A stretch of 64,000 nt of DNA from Vicugna vicugna (GCA_013265495.1 MU058844.1:3539895-3603894); one strand, 5' to 3'; shown: positions 1 through 12,574, counted from the stretch's first letter. Made by a program: numbers and translations. Notes: a model not told the origin generated them from the letters alone.

Positions 1-1185
1 CCCACTGGGATGTGTCCGCTCCTTTAGCAGTCTCTCTTATCAGCATCAGCTGGGCTGCTTTCTTTGTATGTGGCCCCAGGTGTCCACATGACACCAGCTG
101 TCTGTATTAGACGAGGTTACCACGTGTGGAGTTGGTTACCACAAAGGGAGAGATGTGCTCCATTGCTGGAAGAACAGGACATGCTGCACAGATACAGGCA
201 GAGTACGTTTGCTCCACACTCCTGTGTACAGCCTACCCCAGCAGGGACTGGAATTCGAGGCCTTCCAGGTATATAGGGTAGGACCAAATGGTAGGGTTAG
301 GAGCATGTGTTCTTTAGGGCCTTGTATGACTGTTTCCTTTTGCATCTGGAACTGACTCTACATTGTCTTCAGTGAAGACTGATTCAACTTTGCATACCGA
401 GGAGCCAAAGAGAGGTTTCAGCTCTGTATCTGTAGTATCAGTTGGCAAAAAATAAAAAGAAATAATGAATCAATCAAGTGAATCTGATACTCCATTTGAT
501 TATTGTAAATATTTGATTTTAAATCACTTGACGTGTTTGTTTGAATTGTGTTTGTTTTTTCTTTCATGGGTTTAAAAGAAATCATCCAAAGGGAGAAAGA
601 GCAAGTATGCCACTTTTTAACAAAAAAATAGAAACTTTCACTCTTTTGTAATCCAAAGGAGATATCTGCAGCAAGCTTGACTTTACCGATTCTGAACGAG
701 ATTTTCATGGACATTTATATTACAGAGACCTTGTTATGGTGCAGTCTTCAGTCTATTCCTATATCTTCCTTGTGATTTTTTTTTCTTTTAATGTAGTTTG
801 ACTATGCCTTACCTTTGTAAATATTTTGGCTTGTATTGTCTCAGAGGGGATATCTTGGAAGGACACCAAAACAATGGCTCACTTTTTTTCTTTTTAAACT
901 TCAGCTGTGCTAAACAGTGTATTACCTCTGTACAAAATTCTTCAGGGAGTGTCACCTCAAATGCAATATTTTAGATTGGTTTCTTTCCTTTTTCAGAACA
1001 ATGTGTGCGAAACTGGAAGTGTGTGTGTGCGTACAGGCACCCCGTCGACAGGCGAAAGGCATATGATTGTGAAGGAGGGAGACTTAAGTGGCTCCATTAT
1101 ATTCACGGTGTAAAGTTTTGAGCTGAAACTTATTATAAGAATGTAAAACCTTAAATTATTAATAAATAACTATTTTGGCTATCAA
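1..1185 (+). other. CREB5: Distal end of a long mRNA 3' UTR, probably CREB5
   Basis: Repeat-free, AT/T-rich, no credible ORF, two TGTAAATA elements, ends at a canonical poly(A) site. The terminal sequence (ataagaatgtaaaaccttaaattattaataaataactattttggct) matches my recollection of the mammalian CREB5 mRNA end; not checked by alignment. Confidence 0.6.
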
Positions 1186-1198
1186 ATGTGTATTTCTT
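1142..1198 (+). terminator. Cleavage/polyadenylation site
   Basis: TGTA at 1142-1145 (also 1109-1112), AATAAA at 1161-1166, CA at 1183-1184, GT/T-rich downstream element tgtgtatttctt at 1187-1198. Confidence 0.75.
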
Positions 1199-3679
1199 AA
1201 AATTCTCTCCTTAATTGTACTTAACATAGGAAGGGACACATTTTAGGACTTCCTCAGTTGGGGACTGATGTTGGCCTGTAAAATACCTGTAGGAATAAAT
1301 AGCAGGGCAGAGTTCTCATCTTTTAAACTCCCAAGAATTTTTCAGGTACAGTCTATGAAATTAATCTTTTGCTTTGAATAAAAATGACAGAAGGGATTGA
1401 CTTTCTCCCTCGTGGACATCTAGTTCAGATTAGCATCTAGTTCTGGCTTATTTAAGAAAATTGAATTCCTCTTGAAGAATGAAGCCATAGAGCACAGCTT
1501 GCTGAAGTGTAAGATTTGGATATTCATGAACAGTCACAAAGAGGGCACCAGAATAACAAGGTGACTGTCAGTGTTAGCCTCTCCTTCCCTGTGGGCATCT
1601 TCTGCTCAATAATACTTAGACACGCCAAGGAGAAAGTAGAGCTAATTCTTCTTCAGGTTGGTAAGTGACAGTTGTACCTGCAAATTATCCTACTGTTGGA
1701 ACAACAAATAAATCAGGAATGGTGTCTCCCCTTTCCTTTCTCATGTACAGGGCAAGGCATAGCTAAGCTTTCTCACTGAGCCTGGATGTGGTTACCGTTT
1801 CACGCTGGCTCTTGAAGCATTGTCACTCCGGTTCTTATGTGCTTCGCACTTAACTGGTTTAGAATGTGGGCCAGAAACCCCTACTGAACTTGATGTTGAG
1901 GTTATTTTGAACAGTTTTCTTTCTAGGTGAAGGCTTAATAGCCTGTCATTTTCCTGGGAACATCCCTCTCCTTGTCCTGAGTGTCTAAATACACAAGTCA
2001 AAATAAAAATAAAGGGCAGGTGTATGAAATCAAAAGAACAAGATCATACCTACATTATGAGCCCTTTTTGAATGAGCTTAGTCCCTTTATCTATAGGAGG
2101 GGAGAAAGATGGGCTTTCCACCCACACAGTCCATGTGAGATGCCAGTTGGATTGTTTGGTAGGAGGCAAGTGCCCTGATTCTCTGCAATCATACCAAGCT
2201 GTACAGAGTGACTTTTAGCAACTAAACATGTATGAAAGGCAAACAGTAACAGTGCAGAAAAATACTGAAGTCAGTCTCCCATTTGGGTGCCCTAAGTCAG
2301 CCGAAGCTCCGAAAGGAGAAGTGGGTTGCAGTTCAACTTGGCTCCTGTTAATCCAGTTCTGAACGGTTTCCGCTCCTGGCATTCCCTAAACTGCCTCTTC
2401 AAAGTAGGGATTTGCAAGCAGCCTTAGCAATTTCCTGTCCAGCTGCAGCTCAAGTAGCTGTGTGCTTCCCCCCGCCCCCAAACCCGTCGCCCCTTTTCTC
2501 TGATTTCTCTCTCTTTTCTTTTTCCTTCTTTTTTCTTTAATATGGGTGGTGGATAATTTTAGTGCATTTCCTCTTTGTGGATTCTCATCTCCTTTCCTCC
2601 TAGAACCTGCAGGCAGTGAGTTCCTACTGCTCTGCTCCAGCCGACAGCTGGCCTCCCCAGCACTTCCTCTCGCTCCACTGTGGGTTTGTTGTTTGTCAGT
2701 CCACTTCTGAAATTAATAATGTTTTCTGGCCAAGTGCCATAAGCCATTACCACAAAGGGGAAGTAACACATATGAATAGCAGGAAGCCACGCAGGGTCAC
2801 AGTGTGCGCTGAACCTGCGGAGGGAGCATAATTGAGCCGGGCCCATTCAGCAAGTGTCTGCCAGCGGCTAAGGGAGAAGGAGCTCCCAGCATTTCAGCAG
2901 CTCAAGCTGTGAAAAAAAATTGTTTCCAATAAATTGGTAGCAAATGGTCTTTGTCATCAATCTGAATAAAACAGGGAGCAAGCAAGAGTTTAGGGCCCCC
3001 ATAAAGTTGCCATGTTTGGGATTGCTCCCCCCTCCCCACCACCAACCTGGCATCTTGTTTCATAAGACTGGTGAACAGAGGGGTGCCGCCTCCCTTCTGT
3101 TGCCACAAAGGGACTCATGGTGAAATGGGGGAGGAGAGGGGTTATGGTTCATACAGGCCAGAAGATTCAAAGAGCGATTCTGTCTTTCCTTTTCTTCTAT
3201 GGAAGGTGGAAGGTTGTAACTGACAGCATGGGCCCCCACCTCGCCCTGCGCCTCCCTTTCTCTCCGCTATCCCTCTCCATTCCTTTGGTTCCTTTGTGCT
3301 CGAAGGAACCGGGGGAAGGCGATCGTTTTGCATCTTGAAGTTGGGCTCACTTCCTGAATGGAGCCCTGCATGGTTACTAAGGCAACCTTTGCCAGCAGCT
3401 GCGGCTCCCCGGCCTCCCTCCTTACCTGCTGTCCCCATTAGTGGCTTCCTCAGGTCTCTGAGAAAGTGTTACCTTTCCTGGCTTTCTGCATGGGGTTAGG
3501 GGGTGCGGGTGGATCTTTCCAAGCTGCCGATTTTGGGGGGCTGCAAGAGACAGAAAAATGTGCAGCTTAGTAGTAGAAACTGGTCTTAGAGTTAAAATCA
3601 GACTGAGAAAGGGTTATCTGGGGATAGAAATACCAGCAGTGGAAACTTCAAAGCAGTGGAAACGGAGACCCAACAATTA

Positions 3680-3822
3680 GAAGACCTGAATGCTAACTCT
3701 CACTCATGAATCAGATAGCCCTGGGCAAGTCACTGAACCTCACAGAGTTGCTTTTTTCCTTGTCTGTAAAATGAGGGAGTTTTACTTTTCACTCTAGGAT
3801 TCCTTTATAATTCTAGCATTCT
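3680..3822 (+). mobile_element. MIR-family SINE (MIR3/MIRc-like)
   Basis: Core ctgggcaagtcactgaacctc...ctgtaaaatgagg and a MIR3-like end (ttctagcattct). Confidence 0.7.
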
Positions 3823-3869
3823 GGTACACATTACTAGATGACAAAATGATGCAGATCAGGGGAAAAAAA

Positions 3870-4200
3870 TAATATTTATTAAGGGTGTTAGATACTGTAG
3901 TTCATGTACAATATTCTCTCATTTGATCTCAAAGTGATTCTGAGAGAGGTCCTATTATTATCCTTATTTTTCAATGAGGAAATTGAGGCAGAGAGACGCC
4001 AGCAGTGCTTAAAGTCACCTCGTGGGAACTGGCAGAACTGAGCTTTGAAGCTTTTAGCTCTTGTGGTAAACTGCTTGTCATCTGCATTTGCTTGTCTCTA
4101 TAAAGTCCCGTGAGGCTGGCCAGGAAGTGGTGACCCCATTTTACAGCTGAGGAAGTGGAGGAAGCAGAGGTTAAGTGACCTGCCAAATCAAACCCAAATT
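3870..4200 (-). mobile_element. Two adjacent MIR fragments
   Basis: Reverse cores atgaggaaattgaggcagagag (~3975) and cccattttacagctgaggaagtggagg (~4135). Confidence 0.7.
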
Positions 4201-5570
4201 CAACAGCCAAATCAAAAGAGAGCCAGAGGACCCCGGCTAGTGTGTCATCAGGAGAGGTATCCTGTCTGTCTAGAAGCTTCCATCCTCCCTCTCCATGGGG
4301 AAGTTGCCCTATCTTGGGCCCGTGAGCACACCAACTACAAAACTGATTTTCCTAAGGATCTCGAGAGTGGCTACTGGCTGTCCAGCCGGCCTTGATCCCT
4401 GACAGTCCTGCTCTTGCAGGATCACACAGGTGAACCAGAGGTCGTTTCCTCACCCTGATCCCTCTTGGAGGGAAGCTGGGGAGGGGGAGGAGAGATACAG
4501 AGAGACAGAGACAGGGGGAGAACACAAAGGGCTGCAGAATAAGAGAGGCAGATTAGAAAATAGTGCAGATGTGAAACACAGCAAGGGCAGGCCACGTAGC
4601 ACCTGGCTGTAAGTAAATATTCTTGAAACATCATCTTAAAAAATCAGTCTTCAGACTTTAAACTGCTTCAAAAGGATCACTCTGGGTGTAAATTAAATGC
4701 AGTTTCTCACACAGTAATAATCATTTCCCAGAACGTTCTACAGTCTTTCAAACACCCTTACTCTTCTTGTGTTCCTATCACAGTTGGCCCTGAATCAGTC
4801 CAATTTTGGTGACAGAAACTTCAAACTTCTTTAAAGTCCAAAACTGATTTCCTAAGAGTATTTAAGGGCACAGAACAAAGTTCAAACAATTCACAAATAT
4901 TTATCCAGGCCTTGATCTGTGTTGCACAGAGTCCATGAAACAAGGTTAAAATAAAAGGCAACCGAAGACTTAACAAGCCCCTAAAAGCTAATGAAGGCAA
5001 AGTCATGTCTCAAAGTGTTAACTGCTCAATCTTTCTGCGAGTGCCCCAAATCAAAGCGGAAGCCCCAAGGAACTATGGTCCAAGTCCTTGTATGACTGTA
5101 TCTGCTGCAACGGTCAAAATAGCATTCTAGATCCTGTATTTTATTTTTTATATGGGAATGGACGAATAACCCACATGTATGCAGTTTGGCCTACCCACTT
5201 CCCTATTTTGTCATGGTAAATACCTTTAGAGGCTCTGTGCAGTCTTTGTTTCAGACCACCATACCTCCACAAATGAACTCTCAGACACACAATGGAAAAT
5301 AGAAGAAATGTACATTATTTGATAATGACATCCTAAAAAGCAACAAGCCAAAAAAAAAAAAAAGTTGTCTCTTCTAAGCGAGATTTCTTCTTTTCCTGGG
5401 TTTGGAGACAAAGTAAGTATTTATTACATTAAGAATTTTTCATGAGGTCTACCTTAACTCCTATTGCAAATACTACCAGGAGAAGGAAGAAAGAGAGGAA
5501 GGCACAGAAAGGGGTCTTTGGGAGCACAGAACTCCAAGGACAGTTGTAGCAGGAATGTCCCTTTATCTTA

Positions 5571-6056
5571 TGCTCTGGTTATCATTGCTACCTAACAAAC
5601 CACCCCTAAACTTAGTGGGTTCAAACAACAATCATTAATTTTGTTCATGGGTCTGCATCTGGGCAGATCTCAGCAGGGAAGTTTGGTGGCTGCTCAGTGC
5701 GGGATCGGCTGGGTAGCCCACATCCTCATTTCCGAGATGGCTCACTCACATGGCTGGCAATTGGTTCTGGTTCTCAGCTGGGAGCTCAGCCAAAGGTTGG
5801 CACCAGAGTTTGATTCTCCCTGATGTGGCCTGACATTCTCTCACAGTGTGGTGCCTGAGATCCATGGGTGAAACCCCAACTGACAGAGTCAGGTGGAAAC
5901 AGTGACTTTTAGGACTTAGGCTCAGAAGTCACTTCCTCTGTACACAAAGACCTACCAAGGTTCAAAGAGAGGAGATGAAGGAGGGGCAAGATTCTGGGAG
6001 AGCATGTGCGATGGGAAATATGATCACAACCATTTTTGGAAAACAGAGCCTGCCAT
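5571..6056 (-). mobile_element. MaLR solo LTR (MLT1G/H-like)
   Basis: Begins with the reverse MLT1 end tgctctggttatcattgctacctaacaaaccacccctaaacttagtgg; internal gatggctcactcacatggctggc. Confidence 0.75.
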
Positions 6057-6369
6057 GTCTTACATGGAAACTGCTTGAATGTGGGACTCTAAGAAATAAT
6101 AATAAGCCCCCAAATTAGTCTCATGGCCTCATCTTGAAAACATCATAGTTGTCAACAATGCTGCAATCATTCTTTTAATCTAACTCTTTTTTTGTCTGTC
6201 TCTAATGTTCACGACAGCGTAATACCATCAAAACAATCACAAAGATTGGCTCATGAAATAAAATATAAAATAGTTCTACAAAAGAATATTAATGTTTCCA
6301 TTTGGGTAGAGAAAAATGTTATGCTTGTGACAGAATCCCCCAAGTTACTGAGTATAGTGATAGCACATT

Positions 6370-7085
6370 ATTTCCATGCAAAATAGTATTTAATTGTATT
6401 CATAGTGTTCCATTGCAGGAGACCATCTTCCACGGATGGACAGTCGGGATTTTTCCAGTTTTAACTATTATGAACAATACTGCTAAGAATACTTCTGTTC
6501 ACATACCCTGATAGCCATGTGCACGTTTCCCTGGGGATACAAGAGAATGGAACAGGTATAGGCTGGGTAGCTCCCCGACTTACATAACGACAAATTGTTT
6601 TCAAAGTGCTTGTACCGATTTATGGTACCACCAACAGTGTTTGAGTTTTCATATTGTACACTTGATATTGTCAGACTTTTTAAGTTTTTGCTTATCTGGA
6701 AGGTAAGTGATTGATAATGATTTGATAACTTACTATGATTTTACTTTTTGGTATTCTGATTCCTAATGAGGTGGAGCGTTTGTCTGGTGCTGATGGACCA
6801 AAGGATATTTTATTTTGTAAAGTGCCCATTCAGATCTCTTGCTGAGTTGTCAGCTGGGTTACTTCCGTGGTTTGGTTTTTTTTTTTTTAATTATTTATTT
6901 ATTTTAAATTTTAATTTAATTTTTTTAATAGAGGTACTGGGGATTGAACCCAGAACCTTGTACATGCTAAGCATGCACTCTACCACTGACCTATACCCTC
7001 CCCTATTTTTTTCTTCAATCGATATAAGGAGTGCTTGGATATCCTAAATGCTAGTCCTTTATTGATTTTATATATTAAAAATATC
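6370..7085 (-). mobile_element. Old L1 (L1ME-like) fragment interrupted by a SINE
   Basis: Degenerate antisense L1 3' motifs (actattatgaacaatactgctaagaatacttctgt; gcttgtaccgatttatggtaccaccaacagtgt; aagtgcccattcagatctcttgc). Confidence 0.7.
6876..7003 (-). mobile_element. tRNA-derived SINE, camelid Vic-1-like
   Basis: T-rich tail, then gaggtactggggattgaacccagaacc...ctctaccactgacctataccctcccc (reversed Pol III A and B boxes); homologous to the copies at 25871 and 57518. Confidence 0.85.
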
Positions 7086-7089
7086 AGTG

Positions 7090-7287
7090 CAGTGCTTTTC
7101 AAACTTTGTTCCTCTGGTCCTCCTCAGGGAAGGGCATAGGTGCATATGGGGGCAGGTTGTACACTCTATAACTCTAAAAAGTGCCAGAGAGATAATAACA
7201 AAAATGGCAGTGGCCGACCTGCATGACCTTACACGGAGCACTTAGGGAATCAAGGGATTTGTGGCTAAAAATGTTTGAAAACCACTG
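7090..7287. mobile_element. hAT-Charlie-type MITE with a nested MER91-like piece
   Basis: Inverted termini cagtgcttttcaaac and gtttgaaaaccactg; internal gcaggttgtacactctataactc resembles MER91. Confidence 0.5.
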
Positions 7288-7674
7288 AATCTATTTAACA
7301 AACATGGAAACAGTTAGAGAGATTGAGTTGAAAGACAATTATCTAGACTTAAGTGGGGCTGGTCGAGAAGCATTTTAAGAGGTACTAAATCTTGCACCAA
7401 ATTTTGAAGAGGGGTGTTTTTTCCACAGACATGTGAAAAGGATGCTAATTATGCTTAGATTTGGGAGTAGAAAAAGCCAACTTCCTTGTAAGGCACAGCA
7501 AAAATATTTTTCAAGTTGTAAAACAGACAGCAAAAATCAGGATACCCAGAGATATGGGGCATGAAATTGAATGAGAGTTTGCAGACTGTAGAAAAAACTG
7601 CAGTTTTTGGTTGGCTTAGCCTCCCTTTCTAGCTGCATCTTGAATTGGAAAACCTTCAGAGCTTTCCCCCTTGT

Positions 7675-8214
7675 GGGTACAACCTTATTCTCAGTTAGTT
7701 TGCTAGAGCAGCTCACAGAACTCGGGACAACACTTAACTTACGTTTACTAGTTTCTTAAAGGATATGATTAAAGACTACAGATGCACAGTTAGATGAAGA
7801 GACACATAGGGTGAGACTTAATGTTTTCCAGTGCAGAAGCTTCTGTCTCTGTAGAGTTAAGATGTGTCACCCTTCCAGGAAGGATGTGTTCACCAAACTG
7901 GAAGTTCTTGGAACCCCATAGTATTGGAATCTTTATAGAGGCTTCATCATATAGGCATGATCGAACATTAACTCCCTTTTCAGCCCTTTTCCATTCTCAA
8001 GGTAATGAGAGGCAGGGTGGAAAATTCCAAGCTTCTAATCATGGCTTGTTCTTTCTGGTGATCAGCTCTCATCCAGAGCCCACCCAGAGTCACCTCATTA
8101 GAACAAAAGACACTCTTATTGCCCAGGAAATGACAAGGGTTTCAGGAGCCTCATGTCAGGAACTGGGGACAGAAACCAATATATATATTTCTTATTCTAA
8201 ATCACAATATCACA
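7675..8214 (-). mobile_element. LTR, MER21B-like
   Basis: Ends aatcacaatatcaca (reverse of the MER21 start tgtgatattgtga); internal ctagagcagctcacagaactc and agtcacctcattagaacaaaagacactc. Confidence 0.8.
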
Positions 8215-8236
8215 CATCTAGTTACAGAATTCTACT

Positions 8237-8710
8237 GTATCAGGGAGAATTAGGTTCAGAGGCCTATAACAGAGAACAAAAACTAAAAATCATCAAAACT
8301 CATGAGGGTTTATTCTCTTCTGTAAAAGTCAGGAGGTGGGAAATCCTGACCTGGTAAGACCACGTCATGGGATCATTTGAGACTCAGGCTAATTCTAGCT
8401 TTGATCCCCACGGGTCACAAGGTGGCGGCTCCGTGCTTGCCATCATATTCACATTCCAGTCAGGAGGAAGGAGGAGGGAGGGAAGGGAAAAGAGTGCACT
8501 TCCCTGCAAAGTCAGTTCCCTTAAAGAAGCTTCCAAGAAATCCTGTACCAGACTTGTATTCTATGAACTCAATGGTCAGAATTAGCCACGTGGCCACAGC
8601 TAGAGAGACTGGGGAATATAGACTTTTAGCTGGGCATGTGCTTCCCCTAATATAATTGAGGTTCTGCTACTTGGGAAAAAGAGAAGACTGAATGTGAGTT
8701 AACCACTTTC
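8237..8710 (-). mobile_element. MaLR LTR (MLT1J/K-like)
   Basis: ccatcatattcacattccagtcaggaggaagg and gagactggggaatatagacttttagctgggc motifs. Confidence 0.7.
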
Positions 8711-8889
8711 TTTCCTGGAGAACACCCTATCCCCACTATAGAGGCAGGTACCTGAGCCAGGCCAGGGCAAGAAGAGGGTCTCTTCATTTTCCCATCTCAG
8801 TAATTGGCTCAGGGATAAGACATGATTCAGGTTCAACCAAGCCAATAACACTCTGGATTTTGGAAAGGATTTTTTCTTAGGGTTGCTAA

Positions 8890-8996
8890 GCCCTAGACCT
8901 ACTGAGTTAGAATCACTGGATATGAGGCCCGGCAATTTGCTTTTTAATAAAAGGTCCACAGGTGATTCTTTTGATTGGCTAATTTGGGAACTACCA
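8890..8996. mobile_element. MER5-like hAT-Charlie fragment
   Basis: gacctactgagttagaatcactgg...tttttaataaaaggtccacaggtgattct...tttgggaactacc. Confidence 0.7.
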
Positions 8997-9259
8997 CGTA
9001 AGCCATAAATATGAAGCCAGTTAATTTAATCTAGCATCTCCTCTCTCAGGAGCTTCACAGAGCAGCATAAAAGGGAGCTTACAAGGTGTCTTTCATAACA
9101 TGGGCATCAAAAGTGTATAGTTTAGCTGTAACTATACCATAAGCTATTATGAGCTCACTACTGTAGACTCTCCGAGAGTTACGATTTTTTTCTAGTTTAT
9201 TACCTACTCTATAGAGTAGTATTTGAAAATATAAATTGTCCTAAAAATACTTTATTTTA

Positions 9260-9940
9260 ATTTCACCAGGACTTCTAGGTCTGCTCTGCTGGGACTGTGT
9301 TCACTCTATCAGAACCCTCTGTGATTTTAGACTCTGAGCCACCAACTCTCATATTTTGTCTTTTCAGGCTGACGTATTTTAAAGTCTCTCTGATTTCTTT
9401 AGAAACCCTAATAAGTGACCTTTGGATACATTCCAGTTTCATTATGACATCTTTGAGGTTTAATGACTGGAACCCGACCCGGTATTTCTGAAGCAGACGA
9501 ATTCTGGTGTCTCAGTGTGCGTGTGTGTGCATGTGTGCGTGTGTGTGCATGTGTGCGAGCACTCACGAGACTGTGCTTTCTATTTTGTTTTTAACATCCT
9601 TCCTGATGATGCTTGCTTTTGTGACTGCGACAATACTTTGGACCGCCTTCTTCAGGGAATGCTCTACAATGATGCCATCATCCTTTTCCTGGATCACGTC
9701 TGCACTTGGAGGCCTTGGTCTCCCGAGAACAAAGTGGGCTCCCTTTTCCTGTGGGCATTACGTGCAGCTGCCTCCCCTGAGCGTCAGTGTTCTCTGCCCA
9801 CTCACACAGCTGTGGGAAGCTTCCCAGTGTTTATTCGTTTCACTTTGGTGTTTCAATTACCAGAAAAACTTGGTGTCATTTATCAATCTGAGATTTCACT
9901 TTATGGACGTCTACATCGCTTCTGGAAAATGATAAGCAAG
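9260..9940 (-). mobile_element. Ancient CR1/L3 LINE ORF2 (RT region) fossil
   Basis: Minus strand reads ataaatgacaccaagtttttctggta (9869-9883 encodes INDTK, a relic of FADDTK), then ctgtgtgagtgggcagag, ccaggaaaaggatgatggcatcattgtagagcattccctgaag and gcagtcacaaaagcaagc, in CR1 order. Confidence 0.7.
9515..9557. repeat. Alternating purine-pyrimidine (GT/GC) microsatellite
   Basis: gtgtgcgtgtgtgtgcatgtgtgcgtgtgtgtgcatgtgtgcg; 18-bp higher-order unit present about twice. Confidence 0.9.
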
Positions 9941-10374
9941 ACCAGTCCATATACAGATTCGTGAAACACACAATTTTTAATATGTCCTCAAACAGAAGAG
10001 TAATCATCCCTTTAACGTGCTCCTATAATACGCATCAGCAATCCACAAATAATAATAGAATCTGATTAAAAAATAGTGAGCCTCCTATGAAAATATAGCT
10101 TTATGATAATTAAAAAAAATCTTTGCTCCCTGCAACCACAATTCCAGTGAAATTGCTCTTCCCAAATTCTTCTCATAAGGACATTTTGGAATTGCCACTA
10201 ATTTTTACCCAAAGTTTCACATTCTGAAAGCCCTTCTAATTCCTTGACAAAATCAATCAAAAGTTAAAATGTGTTTTTTTTTAAAGAGATGCTGGCTGAG
10301 TGGACCATAGAATATCTCAGTTCAGATCCCGTTCTCAGCCGTGGAATGAAAATTACAGGCTCGGTCAGTGGATT

Positions 10375-10550
10375 CAATCTTCCCAGCTGAGACTCCAGCT
10401 CTTTCATTTATTAGCCATGTGACCTTGAACAGGTTACTTAGTCTCTGAGCATTGCATTTCCTCATCTGAACAATGGGAATAATAGTAACACTTAGCTGGT
10501 GGAGTGGTTGTGAGCACTGAATGAGACAGCAGATGTAAAGCACCTAGTAC
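10375..10550 (+). mobile_element. MIR SINE
   Basis: tgtgaccttgaacaggttacttagtctctgagcattgcatttcctcatctgaacaatgggaataatag. Confidence 0.85.
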
Positions 10551-10771
10551 GAAAAAATTATGATAGTAAGGCTCTGGGGAGTGGAATTATGGTATATAAT
10601 TATTCATTCATTTATTTATTTATTCAGTAATAGACATCCTATTGTGTTCAAGAAATGTTCTAGGGGCGATTAAAAGATAATAACTTAGATACAAATCTTG
10701 ACCCGTTAGCCTTGAAATGAAACTAATAATGAACATAAATCATTATGGGGTATAGAGTGACAAACAGAATA

Positions 10772-11000
10772 AAGTTAAGAACATAGATTCTGGATTTAGA
10801 CTGCTGCAGGTTCAAATATTAGCTTTATTCCTAACTACCTGTATAACCTGAGACTAGTTGCTTAACCTCATTAAATTTTTCCTCTTCTTATCTGGGGAAA
10901 AAAAGATGGAGATAATAAAAGTATTTACCTCAAGGTGTTGTTATCAGGATCCAATGAGAAAATGTACATAAAGTACTTAGTACTTTTCCTGGTGAGTAGA
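10772..11000 (+). mobile_element. MIR SINE inside an L2 3' fragment
   Basis: gttaagaacatagattctgg...ggttcaaat...cttaacctc; flanks are L2-like (ttcattcatttatttatttattcag at ~10602). Confidence 0.7.
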
Positions 11001-11861
11001 AACTAATGTCACCTATGTCCATAAAATAGATCCAGAAGAGGTACTACAGGAATTCAGAATAGGGAAATGCTTTTTATTCTTTGGAGAAGGGAAGGGTCAT
11101 GGAAGACTTCCTGCAAGTGGCTGCTAAATCTCAAAGCCAATTTATAAATTTACCAAAGTATGCCCATTGAGCTATTACCATGAGCCTAGTCCAGCTACCC
11201 CATCAGGGAGATTTCACAGTGATATTAAATTCCCATCTTTCAGATGAGAACACAGAAATTCAGAGAGTTTAGAGTAAGTAAATTGTTTGACTCTGAAGCC
11301 CAGGTTTTTAACAGCTGCTTTTTCCTCCTTTTCAGTGATGTGGATACTGCCTGCCCTTCCCAGGATGGATGAGGACCCCGGGACAGCTGAATTCCTCATT
11401 GCAAGACTGCTGATGAGCATGGAATCACAGTCAAGAGAGTTTGCAGCATACTTCATCCAGGTTATATTAGTGTCAAGACAAATATTCTTGCTCTGTGGTA
11501 AAACAATCCCAACCCAACCCAACTCACACCTTTCAGTCACTGGAATGTTCAAGTCTCTTGGAGGATGCTGAGTAATCCTGACAAAGTTTTATCCTCTGGC
11601 TTTCTTGTCCTTGTCTTTCTTTCAGGAACTCCAACACCCTCCACGTTGTTAGTCAAGCTATAAACTACAGCTAATTCAAAAACAAATTAGTTACATTACT
11701 CACAGATTACTCCTTGTTCTACCCTAATCCCCTGATGAGAGGCAGGAAGCTCTCCAGTTCCACTAATAGTATACTGACAGGCCATTTTCTGATAGTGAGA
11801 ACAGAATCTACATTTTTTGAGCCCTTTTTTAGAGCCAGATGGATGCTCTATGCAGACTGTC

Positions 11862-12090
11862 ACATAGGGGTTAAGTACAGGGCTCTGGAGCTAAACTGCT
11901 GGGGTCAAATCCTGACTCCACCACTTACTAGCTGTCTGGCTTAAAGCAAGCTGGTTAACCTCTCTATGCCTCAGTTTTCTTATCTGGAAAATGAAAATAT
12001 TGTAGGGCCATAGTGGGAAACAAATTAATTAATATACTTGATTTTGGACAGTATCTTTCTCACTTTAAGTAATTAATACATGTTAGCTCT
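11862..12090 (+). mobile_element. MIR SINE, near full length
   Basis: gggttaagtacagggctctggagctaaactgctggggtcaaatcctgactccaccacttactagctg...aacctctctatgcctcagttttcttatctggaaaatg. Confidence 0.9.
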
Positions 12091-12560
12091 TTTGGGGAGG
12101 AAAAACTTTTCCTCTAAACTCTTAGGTTCAATGCTTGGAGGCCTGTGGATTAAACTGACAAAAGATGGATTGGCAAGAGAAAAGACAAACTTTTATTCAC
12201 ATAGGTTTTCAGGAGTTTATAGGAAAATATGACTCAAGGAGGTGGTTAGAATTCAGGGCTTAATACTACCTTAAGAGATGAAGGGGAGGGGGAGAAGGGC
12301 ACTTATGTGAAAACAAATGACTTTTAGGAAAGATAAATGGGCCCTTAGGAGAATAAATGGGAGATGTGGTGGTTTTGTGACAATGTCTGTTAACGTGATT
12401 TCTTCTCCTAGTGCTGACTTCTCTCCAGGGATAGAATCAGTCTTCCCTGGTTGTGAATTTTCTGGGCAGGGCATTTATGACAATTGAATTCTTTTGGGAG
12501 GATCTACTTTTAGGCAGATAAAGGGAGTTTAGGAAAAAAAAACTCTTCCCAGTGATCTAT
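12091..12560 (-). mobile_element. ERV1 LTR, MER34-like
   Basis: ggggaggaaaaacttttcctct...ttaggttca...ggcctgtggattaaactgacaaaaga is the reverse of a MER34-type 3' end. Confidence 0.65.
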
Positions 12561-12574
12561 TCTGGATCCCTTCA

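Noticed and set aside
7821..8357. 178-aa ORF
   Set aside because: Lies across MER21-like and MLT1-like LTR sequence with no protein motifs; chance ORF.
9507..9964. Overlapping 141-aa and 149-aa ORFs with hydrophobic or Cys-rich starts
   Set aside because: They start in a GT microsatellite and run antisense over the CR1 fossil.
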